Shown here in pieces: positions 40,853-50,864 of a stretch of 64,000 nt of DNA. The translations under genes and the position numbers were made by a program. The number at the start of each line of letters is the position of its first letter. The first letter of the stretch is position 1. A model generated the notes under the pieces. The model saw only the letters and a list, made by a program, of their open reading frames with translations. It made no database searches and had not been told where the DNA came from. Location: positions 9,009,929 to 9,073,928 of the forward strand of contig OZ037769.1 in assembly GCA_964035545.1 (NCBI GenBank). The letters are read 5' to 3'. Source of the DNA: Bugula neritina (lineage: Eukaryota; Animalia; Bryozoa).

Positions 40853-43387
40853 CTATAGTCTGTAAGTGAATTGCGCCTCCCTCTTTTGCTTTGGTCTGCG
40901 CCTTAGACCGTATCGTTTATTGTTGCGAGTTGGTGGTGGTGGTGGCTTTATTCTTTCAGCTTCCTCAGTATTGTTATTCTGAGGCTCTTGGATACTAGTT
41001 CCTTCTCGGTTACCATTACTATGTGCAATGTCTGTGTCGGTTCCATTATGGTGTGCATGTTCATCATTATGTGCCTCAATTCCTGTTGTAGGTTGACGGT
41101 CAGTCTCTTGGCAGTCAGTTTCTCGGCAGTCTTCTTCACTAGACGGTCTGTCAGAGTGAAAATTGTCCGATTCTGGAGCTGAAGTTTCAACCTCCTCAGA
41201 ACCTGAGTCTTGGGCCGCAGGTGAGTCTAGCTCAATTGATAGTTCAGATGTGGGTCCTCTAACTATGCTGCACTGATTCTTCGAGAAGAATTGCTTCTTG
41301 CAGCAGTGCTTGTACACTGCTTCAACCTTGTTGTGTGTAGTGAAGACACCATTTCCACCCTTAAGCTCACCCGCGTCACAGTGTTTAGAGGTAACCATGT
41401 CGATGCACTCTCCCCGCGTGATATGCCGGTTCTCTATGTGAGCATTACGGACTTTCACATTGGTGAAGAGAGACATTAACGTGGTGACCACCGACTTGAA
41501 CTTCTTGCATTGGTATGCTGGTGACTCCCATTCTATTGTGTTGGGTTTGTATACCATGATTTTTGTCTGTTGGGGCTGTCGCGAGGGGTCAGTCTTGTCA
41601 TGTCCGGGGCAGGTGTAGTTAGTGTTCAGTCGGAACAAGTGGGGTTGGTCAGTATGGTGTGAGCCGCATACCATGGGGTTTTTTGCTTCTACCGGGGTCG
41701 CTCCACAGCCAAGGAAACAGCTTAGCAAGCATAGCATTGCTAGTTGTACCGCATCCATGACTGAGAGTTTTCTGCCACCTCTTCTACTTTTGGCCTTCGG
41801 TCCTTTTGCCTTGGGAGTTAGTTCTACGGCGTTGACGTGTTCCTGGCCTGGATCTTGATTTAGGAACTGGAATGCAAACTCGTCAGGACCGAGGTCGCTG
41901 ACGACGTTTACATTAGAGCATTTGCTCCCATAATGCCGGTTCCCGCAAGACTTGCAGGGCCAAGGATTTTGTCCACGCCCATTGCCGTAGTTCTGACCTG
42001 TGTGATTGTTATTGTGTCTGTGTGAAGATTGGTGGTTGTATGACCCTCTTTGTTGGTTAAAAGGGGTTTGGTGTTGGTTAAAAGGAGCCTGATGTTGGTT
42101 GTGGGTGCCTTGGTTATAGTAGCGCTGTGGTTGATTGTAACCACCTCTTCTGTTGCCTCGGTTACCACCGCGTCCTCTACCACGGTATCGGTTGGACTGG
42201 TAGTTATTGCTCCTGTAACTTTTCTCCTCTTGCTCCTTGGATCTTATTGACTGAGCTTTTATAAGCTCAGCCAGACCGTCTATCTGCTTTTGCAGAGGAG
42301 CTATGAGTTCTGCTTGGCTCCGGTTATAATTAATTTCCGCGACTATTTCTGACTCTATGAAATTTATTTTTTGAGTCTTGAGTGCCCCATCTACCGCTTC
42401 CAGCTTCTTTGCTTCCTCCAAGGTCTGCTGCAGGGTGAGTTCACCCTTCAGAAGGATATCCCTCTGATGGGCTTCGTTCAGCCCTGCAATGAATACGTTC
42501 GTCAACACCTTGTCTCTATATTCCTCCGGCATATCCAGGAATGCCGACTGGCCTTGAGAGACTACTTCTGTGAAGAATTCTCCAACAGTTTTCTTCCCCT
42601 GTGACAGTTTCCAGAGGCTCTTCCCTAGCAGTGGGTTGCTTCTCTGGAACATTGTAGCCAGTTTGGGTTTAAGTGCAGTGTAGCTGGTGGCACAGCCGGG
42701 CGCCTGTTTCACTACCTTTCGGTACGTTTGCCAAGCTGAGCCAGTGAGCTTGGCAGGTATAGCGAGGGCTAGTTGTTCGTTGTCATATCGATGGGGGGCC
42801 ATTAGAACTTCCCATCTCTCTATAAAATTCTCCCAGGACTCAGTAGAGTCACCGGAGAAGGATGGCAGGCTATCCAAGTTGGGTGCCACACTTGCTATGA
42901 TCTGCGTTTGGAATGGATTGGCGGTTGGTATGTTGGTAGAGGGTATGCCGCGTGGAGGTCGTGTTTGGGTTGAATAAGTTTGTAGTGTTGGGGTCATATG
43001 AGCTTGAGTTGACAAGCCATAGTTTGTCATTGTAAGGCTGGGTGTAGGGCCTGTTGAAGTGTTGCTGTTGATACAGTCACGTCGTAGCTCTGGAGATAAT
43101 GAGTTCCAAAACTTCACTATCTCTTCCTTCGAGGTGGGTGTGTAAATTGTGTTTTTGGGTCTTGTGCCCGTATCGCTCGATGTCGTGGTCGAGCTGGTTA
43201 TAGTGGTTGTCGCGGTTAGTGGAGTGTCAGTATTGTCAGATAGTGTAGTAGGGGTTGAGGTGGTTATGGGAGGTTGTGTGGTAGTGTCGGAGCTCAATGT
43301 GGTAGGGGCAGACGAGGTTGCTTCTCCTGGGGTAGCCATTTGTCTAGTTCTAGTTACACTCCGTGTCACCCGCCTGTTACTACTCAT
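40853..43387 (-). CDS. gag: Intact 844-aa Gag - signal - partial Env fused in frame to the C-terminal tail of Pol
   Basis: Capsid-like LPSFSGDSTESWENFIERW and LSQGKKTVGEFF, knuckle CKSCGNRHYGSKC, hydrophobic AVQLAMLCLLSCFLGCGA, Cys-rich Env N-terminus, then GPTSELS matching the end of copy B pol. Confidence 0.9.
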   Translation of the reverse strand: MSSNRRVTRSVTRTRQMATPGEATSSAPTTLSSDTTTQPPITTSTPTTLSDNTDTPLTATTTITSSTTTSSDTGTRPKNTIYTPTSKEEIVKFWNSLSPELRRDCINSNTSTGPTPSLTMTNYGLSTQAHMTPTLQTYSTQTRPPRGIPSTNIPTANPFQTQIIASVAPNLDSLPSFSGDSTESWENFIERWEVLMAPHRYDNEQLALAIPAKLTGSAWQTYRKVVKQAPGCATSYTALKPKLATMFQRSNPLLGKSLWKLSQGKKTVGEFFTEVVSQGQSAFLDMPEEYRDKVLTNVFIAGLNEAHQRDILLKGELTLQQTLEEAKKLEAVDGALKTQKINFIESEIVAEINYNRSQAELIAPLQKQIDGLAELIKAQSIRSKEQEEKSYRSNNYQSNRYRGRGRGGNRGNRRGGYNQPQRYYNQGTHNQHQAPFNQHQTPFNQQRGSYNHQSSHRHNNNHTGQNYGNGRGQNPWPCKSCGNRHYGSKCSNVNVVSDLGPDEFAFQFLNQDPGQEHVNAVELTPKAKGPKAKSRRGGRKLSVMDAVQLAMLCLLSCFLGCGATPVEAKNPMVCGSHHTDQPHLFRLNTNYTCPGHDKTDPSRQPQQTKIMVYKPNTIEWESPAYQCKKFKSVVTTLMSLFTNVKVRNAHIENRHITRGECIDMVTSKHCDAGELKGGNGVFTTHNKVEAVYKHCCKKQFFSKNQCSIVRGPTSELSIELDSPAAQDSGSEEVETSAPESDNFHSDRPSSEEDCRETDCQETDRQPTTGIEAHNDEHAHHNGTDTDIAHSNGNREGTSIQEPQNNNTEEAERIKPPPPPTRNNKRYGLRRRPKQKREAQFTYRL

Positions 43388-44488
43388 ACAATGTGTGTGT
43401 TTGTTTATTATTGGCTTATTTTGTTTTCTGTAAATTATTAGGGCAGGTATATTTAGTTAGTTTGTTTTCTAATCACCGTTTTAATTAGTACTGTATTTAG
43501 TTATTTGTGTTTAATAATAAGTTGGAACAGTGGAACAGTAGAAGGATGTAAATAGTACCACTATGACTATCCTTTTGGTAGTTTGTAACTACCTTGTGAA
43601 TGTGGAAATTAGGTTAATTATGTCGGTTCTTGTTTCCTTTCTTAATTAGGCAATTATTCTTAAATTAGATTAGATATAAGATAAATCTCCTGTTTTTTAT
43701 TTTTTATGAAATTAATTATTACAATTTGAACGTTAGGTATATGGTTGTAGCAGCTATCGAAGTTTCTTGATACTTATTTCTAGTTGGATAATTCAGTTTA
43801 GGTTTTATAACTTAGCTTATATATCTAAGGTTGTAAATTATTATACTTGAACTTAATTTTTAAATTAGCGGTACCTCCTATCTAGATATTGGACGTGTGT
43901 TAGCCTTGGGGTAGTTCTATATTGTGTTTATAAACTTACCCTGACTGGTTACGTTGTGGGTTGGGGTTAGCACTCACCAGTCTCCGTGGGGTGCGATTGT
44001 TCCCTTGACGAGTTTGTGATGATTTATAATTAATTGTTTAAAGATACTGATTTCTGTAACAGCAAAAGTAGTGTTAATAACACAGCAACAAGTAATATTG
44101 AAGCTTATAAAAAGGGAGTTGAGTCTTGGAATTCAAAATTGACAGTACTTAATATATATTGTTTGGTATTAGATACCGGGACTCTAGGTCAACCACTAAA
44201 ATTTTTAATTGTATTTCTATAGCGCTTGTTTGAGTGTATTGCTTTAATTTATGTGTCGTGGGACCAGTACTGTATTTGATATGTTCAATTATTAATTAGG
44301 CCTATTATAGACTCTAAACTCTACCTTTAGTTAAAAATAGCTTGTCCTCAAGCTTGTGTGAGCCCCTGATACAATAGCTCGGCAGTAATAGCTACCTAAG
44401 CCAAGTATAACTGAGTGGTTAATCTCAGTGATCAGCAAATAAATGCTTTGCAATACGAGAGGGGGACCGAAATGGTACCTCCACCAAA

Positions 44489-45127
44489 TGTTATAACGCG
44501 AACTTGTGGTATCCCGCTACAACTTACTGTACAGCTGTTACTAATATGGCTAAGCCTTAGTGATTTACTATAACAGTATTATATGCATATACTTTATGGT
44601 AATTACCTTGTAGATTGTTGGTGACTCCTCTCGTTCCTGGTACGTCTACCTGAAGCTGGGTCTTACAGAGGAGTGACTTCAGATAGCTGTTGGGTGTAGC
44701 AAGATACTTCTTGCCGGTTAGCTCCACGTCAGCTGCTTCAGGATAGGTTGAAGTATTACAAGGGTGGCTGTAATACTTAGGTTTCCTGCCGGTTGGTCCA
44801 CGTCAGCTGCTTCAGGATAGGCTACTGCGTTTACAAGGGTGGCTGCATTTCCATATAAGGATAGAGCCAAGAAGCTGCAGGATCAGGGTGTTTGACGTAT
44901 AGGAACTGACTTCAAAGCGAAAATGTAATTATAATTGTAACGAAATTAGTACATGTTACAGACAGTAGGAAACAGATGGGCTATTGTGATGGCATTAGTT
45001 CTCTCTAATCCGTATAACAATGAAAAGTTAATATCAATGTGGGGTTTAGCTGGGCGTTAGGAAATGAGAATGTAGAATGACTCAGTGGGAAATGAATAAA
45101 CCTAAAGTCCATAATTCCACTACAACA
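44489..45127 (-). repeat. 5' LTR of copy A
   Basis: Followed on the minus strand by the PBS TGGTGGAGGTACC. Confidence 0.95.
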
Positions 45128-45516
45128 ATACTAATAGTAAATGTAATACTAATACTAATAGTAATAGTAATAGTGACTAATAGTAATACTAATACTAATA
45201 ATAATACTGATAGTATTAGTAATTGTTATTGTATTTGTAATAAACTTGACATAATGATTAAGTTTAACATTATGATTATTTGCATTATAATAATAATTAT
45301 AATTATTATTATCATCATTATGATTATCGTTATACTCATTGATTATCATTATGATTGTCACCTATCACTAAATTATATCAGTATTACTATGATTATGAGT
45401 ATCAGTATGACTATCACTATGAGACATGATGATGATTATGAGTATGACTATCAGCATCACTATAAAATATGAATATGATTATAAAATAAATATATTATTG
45501 CAGTTACTGTTAGTAT
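45128..45516. repeat. Low-complexity (TAA/TAC/TAT/GAT) spacer between the two head-to-head elements
   Basis: Direct reading; similar sequence flanks copy A on the left (37655-37742). Confidence 0.85.
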
Positions 45517-46147
45517 TGTTGTAGTGGAATTATGGACTTTAGACTTGTTTAATTCTCATTCTACATTCTCATTTCCTAACGCCCAGCTACACTCCACATT
45601 AAGATTAACTTTCCATTGTTATACAGATTAGAGAGAATTAATGTCATCACACTAGCCAAGCTGTCTCCTACTGTCTGTAACATGTACTAATTTCGTTACA
45701 ATTATAATTACATTTTCGCTTTGAAGTCAGTTCCTATACGTCAAACACCCTGATCCTGCAGCTTCGTGGCTTTATCCTTATATGGAGATGCAGCCACCCT
45801 TGTAAAGGCAGTAACCTATCCTGAGATAGCTGACGTGGACCAACCGGCAGGAAGCCTAAGTATTACAGCCACTCTTGTAATACTGCAACCTATCCTGAAG
45901 CAGCTGACGTGGAGCTAACCGGCAAGAAGTATCTTGCTATACCCAACAGCTATCTGAAGTCACTTCTCTGTAAGACCCAGCTTCAGGTAGACGTACCAGG
46001 AACGAGAGGAGTCATCAACAATCTACAATGTAATTACCATAAAGTATATGCATATAATACTGTTATAGTAAATCACTAAGGCTTAGCCATATTAGTAACA
46101 GCTGTACAGTAAGTTGTAGCGGGATACCACAAGTTCCCGTTATAACA
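45517..46147 (+). repeat. 5' LTR of copy B
   Basis: TGTTGTAG...TTATAACA. Confidence 0.95.
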
Positions 46148-46149
46148 TT

Positions 46150-46162
46150 TGGTGGAGGTACC
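46150..46162 (+). promoter_or_regulatory. Primer-binding site, tRNA-Ala-like
   Basis: TGGTGGAGGTACC, 2 nt after the LTR; resembles the complement of the tRNA-Ala 3' end (..CUCCACCA). Confidence 0.6.
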
Positions 46163-47224
46163 ATTTCGGTCTCCCCTCTCGTATTGCAAAGCATTTATTT
46201 GCTGATCACTGAGGTTAACCACTCAGTTATACTTGGCTTAGGTAACTATTACTGCCGAGCTATTGTATCAGGGGCTCACACAAGCTTGAGGACAAGCTAT
46301 TTTTTTAACTAAAGGTGGAGTTTAGAGTCCATAATAGGCCTAAATAATAATTGAACATATCAAATACAGTACTGGTCCCACGACACATAAATTAAGGCAA
46401 TACACTTGAATAAGCGCTATAGAAATACAATTAAAAATTCTAGTGGTTGACCTGGAGTCCCGGTATCTAATACCAAACAATATATATTAAGTACTGTCAA
46501 TTTTGAATTCCAAGACTCAACTCCCTTTCTATAAGCTTCAATATTACTTGTTGCTGTGTTATTAACACTACTTTTGCTGTTACAGAAATCAGTACCTTTA
46601 AACAATTAATTATAAATCATCACAAACTCGGCAAAGGGAACAATCGCACCCCACGGAGACTGGTGAGTGCTAACCTCAACCCACAACATAACCAGTCAGG
46701 GTAAGTTTATAAACACAATATAGAACTACCCCAAGGCTAACATACGTCCAATATCTAGATAGGAGGTACCATTAATTTAAAAATTAAGTTCAAGTATAAT
46801 AACTATAATAATTTACAACCTCAGATATATAAGCTAAGTTATAAAACCTAAACTGAATTATCCAGTTAGAAATAAATATTGAGAAACTTTAATAGCCGCT
46901 GCAACCATATACCTAACATCCAAATTGTAATAATTAATTTCATAAAAAATAAAAACAGGAGATTTATCTTATATTTATTTTAATTAAAGAATAATTGCCT
47001 AATTAAGAAAGGAAACAAGAACCAACATAATTAATCTAATTTCCACATTCACAAGGTAGTTACAAACTACCAAAAAGATAGTCATAGTGGTATAATTTAC
47101 ATCCTTCTACTGAAACAGAAGGCTCACTCTGTTCCAACTTATTATTAAACTAACTGAGTACACCTGCCATAATAATTTATAAAAAACAAAATAAGCCAAT
47201 AATAAACAAACACACACACATTGT

Positions 47225-48934
47225 ATGAGTAGTAACAGGCGAGTGACACGGAGCGTAACTAGACAAATGGCTACCTCAGGAGAAGCAACCTCATCTGCCC
47301 CTACCGCATTGAGCTCCTCTTCCGACATTACCACACAACCTCCCATAACCACCTCAACTTCAACTACACTACCTGACTATACTGACACCCCACTAACCGC
47401 GACAACCACTATAACCAACTCGACCACGACATCAAGCGATACGGGCACAAGACCCTAAAACACAATATACACACCCACCTCGAAGGAAGAGATAGTGAAG
47501 TTCTGGAACTCACTATCTCCAGAGCTACGACGGGACTGTATAAACAGCAATAGTCCAACAGGCCCTACACCCAGCCTTACGATGACCAACTATGGCTTGT
47601 CAACTCAAGCTCATATAACCCCAACACTACAAGCTTATTCAACCCAACCACGACCTCCACGCGGCATACCCTCTACCAACATAGGCCTACCAACCGCCAA
47701 TCCGTTCCAAACGCAGATAATGGCAAGCGTGGCACCCAACTTGGATAGCCTGCCATCCTTCTCCGGCGACTCTACTGAGTCCTGGGAGAATTTTATAGAG
47801 AGATGGGAAGTCCTGATGGCTCCCCATCGATATGACAACGAACAACTAGCTCTCGTCATACCTGCCAAGCTCACTGGCTCAGCTTGGCAAACGTACCGAA
47901 AGGTAGTGAAACAGGCGCCCGGCTGTGCCACCAGCTACACTGCACTTAAACCCAAACTGGCTACGATGTTCCAGAGAAGCAACCCACTGCTAGGGAAGAG
48001 CCTCTGGAAACTGTCACAGGGGAAGAAAACTGTTGGATAATTCTTCACAGAAGTAGTCTCTCAAGGCCAGTCGGCATTCCTGGATATGCCGGAGGAATAT
48101 AGAGACAAGGTGTTGACGAACGTATTCATTGCAGGGCTGAACGAAGCCCATCAGAGGGATATCCTTCTGAAGGGTGAACTCACCCTGCAGCAGACCTTGG
48201 AGGAAGCAAAGAAGCTGAAAGCGGTAGATGGGGCACTCAAGACTCAAAAAATAAATTTCATAGAGTCAGAAATAGTCGCGGAAATTAATTACACCCGGAG
48301 CCAAGCAGAACTCATAGCTCCTCTGCAAAAGCAGATAGACGGTCTGGCTGAGCTTATAAAAGCTCAGTCAATAAGATCCAAGGAGCAAGATGAGAAAAGT
48401 TATCGGAGCAATAACTACCAGCCCAACCGATACCGTGGTAGAGGACGCGGTGGTAACCAAGGCAACAGAAGAGGTGGTTACAACCAACCACAGCGCTACT
48501 ATAACCAAGGCACCCACAACCAACATCAGGCCCCTTTTAACCAACACCAAGCCCCTTTTAACCAACAAAGAGGGTCATATAACCACCAATCTTCGCACAG
48601 ACACAATAACAATCGCACAGGTCAGAACTACAGCAATGGGCGTGGACAAAATCCTTGGCCCTGCAAGTCTTGCGGGAACCGGCATTATGGGAGCAAATGC
48701 TCTAATGTAAACGTCGTCAGCGACCTCGGTCCTGAAGAGTTTGCATTCCAGTTCCTAAATCAAGATCCAGGCCAGGAACACGTCAATGCCGTAGAACTAA
48801 CTCCCAAAGCAAAAGGACCGAAAGCCAAAAGTAGAAGAGGTGGCAAAAAACTCTCAGTCATGGATGCAGTACAACTGGCAATGCTATGCTTGCTAAGCTG
48901 TTTCCTTGGCTGTGGAGCGACCCCGGTAGAAGCT
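47225..48934 (+). pseudogene. gag: gag of copy B plus internal signal peptide
   Basis: Colinear with the copy A ORF, but with nonsense changes AAA>TAA (47456) and GAA>TAA (48038). Confidence 0.9.
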
Positions 48935-50864
48935 AAAAACCCCATGGTATGCGGCTCACACCATACTGACCAACCCCACTTGTTCCGACTGAACACTAAC
49001 TACACCTGCCCCGGACATGACAAGACTGACCCCACGCGACAGCCCCAACAGACAAAAATCATGGTATACAAACCCAACACAATAGAATGGGAGTCACCAG
49101 CATACCAATGCAAGAAGTTCAAATCGGTAGTCACCACGTTAGTGTCTCTTCACCGACGTGAAAGTCCGTAATGCTCACATAGAGAACCGGCCTATCACGC
49201 GGGGAGAGTGCATCGACATGGTTGCCTCTAAACACTGTGACGCGGGTGAGCTTAAGGGCGGAGATGGTGTCTTCACTACGCGCAACAAGGTTGAAGCAGT
49301 GTACAAGCACTGCTGCAAGAAGCAATTCTTCTCGAAGAATCAGTGCAGCATAGTTAGAGCGACCGTGTACAAAAGGCATGAGGATAAGGAATTCGAGTCC
49401 ACTGCAGGTGACGTTCGTCATTGCAAATATGACGAAGGAAGCTGCAAATTGGACGACGGTTCCATCCTCATATGGGAACCACGGAAGCAGACCCACTGCA
49501 AACATACGGAGTGGTACATGGAGGAAGGCACCTTCTTCGACAACCACTTCGTCAGTAGTGACCACTCGATGGCCTTGACGTTCGCCCGATATGGAATCTA
49601 CTCGACGAAGGACTGCCACGGCAAGAACACGTCGATGTCGGACCAAGGGCTGATGTTAAGGTTCATGACGCCACTCCACAATGTTACCATACTTAACAAC
49701 GTCACAGCCACATATCAAGTTGGAGGCTCATATGCGTCTACAATAAACGCAGTAGCGCAAGCTCTAGCGTTAGAACAAATCACCACCGCACAAAAACTAT
49801 TCTGGACCTCATACTACTATTCGTGTCACAACACTGCCCAAACCATTAACCTCATCACTCTCTTACTTGAACGACATCCCACAACAGCAGCAAGACACAT
49901 GTTGCAATTGAGTAACGTGGTCGCGAAAGCCGGCCCTGGCTACTTAGAGGTGTACCCCTGCACCGAGTTGGAAAGAACTTCTTACCAACTACTGAAAATG
50001 AAACACAACAACTGCACCAACTACTTGCCGATACAAATATCTATAGCTGGTCTTGAATCCATTGGATATCTGGACCCTGTAAATAACATAATACACCCTG
50101 ACTCATACAATGTAGACTGCACCCACAGAGAGGAAGTTCCTGTGAAATTGGACGGTATTATTTACCTATATTCATGGAACGAATCTCTAAAACTGGCCCC
50201 AAACACTACAATTCTATCCTTGCCAAACATCAAATTAGGAGCTACTCCCTTGGAATCACACGAAAATATCTTCAGTCGCGCACATAGACTAAATTGGGCT
50301 GATTTTAGCCATCACCACTCCTTAAATGCTATCCTTTCAACACTCAACCGCCAAACACAGGTGTTGAAAGCCGTTGGAGTTGTTAGCTTTCCACACTATA
50401 CACTAGACAAAAATAGAATAGAGACCCAAGAAGGCATACTGGGTAATTCATATTTCTCCTTCTTGTTCGGAGGTCATGTAGCCTCAGTATATGAATTGTG
50501 GACCATGCTAGCAAATCTCATCGTGGCGATTGCTTCAATCGTCTTTATTTCCAAGAAATTATACTATCATCTATGCATCAAATACATCTGCAAAAGGCGT
50601 GGCAGAATCGTAGTAGATGCTGTGGACATTGTAGAACAAAGTACAACACACCAACCAACAGCAGAGGAAACTACGACAGCCACGGAATTACATTCTTTAA
50701 TAACCCCCACTCATTCCCAAGTAGAAAGTACAACCCCCATTTCTACTATTAACTCAAACACCCCATCAGCAAGGTTATACCCTGCGCTTGAGAATATAAC
50801 CGAAACAGATGACATCGCTTGGCCTTCTTGGACCAAGCAAGCCAGGCAAGAGTCTTCACAATGA
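48935..50864 (+). CDS. env: Envelope glycoprotein, class III (gB/chuvirus-G-like) candidate; 2-nt deletion near 49150 in this copy
   Basis: Cys-rich ectodomain (AYQC, ECIDMV..KHC, GDVRHCKYDEGSCKLDDGSILIWEP, YPC, NCTNYLP), several N-x-S/T sequons, TM LWTMLANLIVAIASIVFI, and an S/T-rich cytoplasmic tail. Confidence 0.8.

Larger units (their letters stand above)
37743..45127 (-). mobile_element. Copy A: young, internally deleted env-bearing Ty3/Gypsy element
   Basis: 639-bp LTRs at 44489-45127 (5') and 37743-38381 (3') are almost identical, with TG..CA ends; 4-bp TSD ATAC (37739-42 / 45128-31); PBS at 44474-44486; purine tract next to the 3' LTR. Confidence 0.95.
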
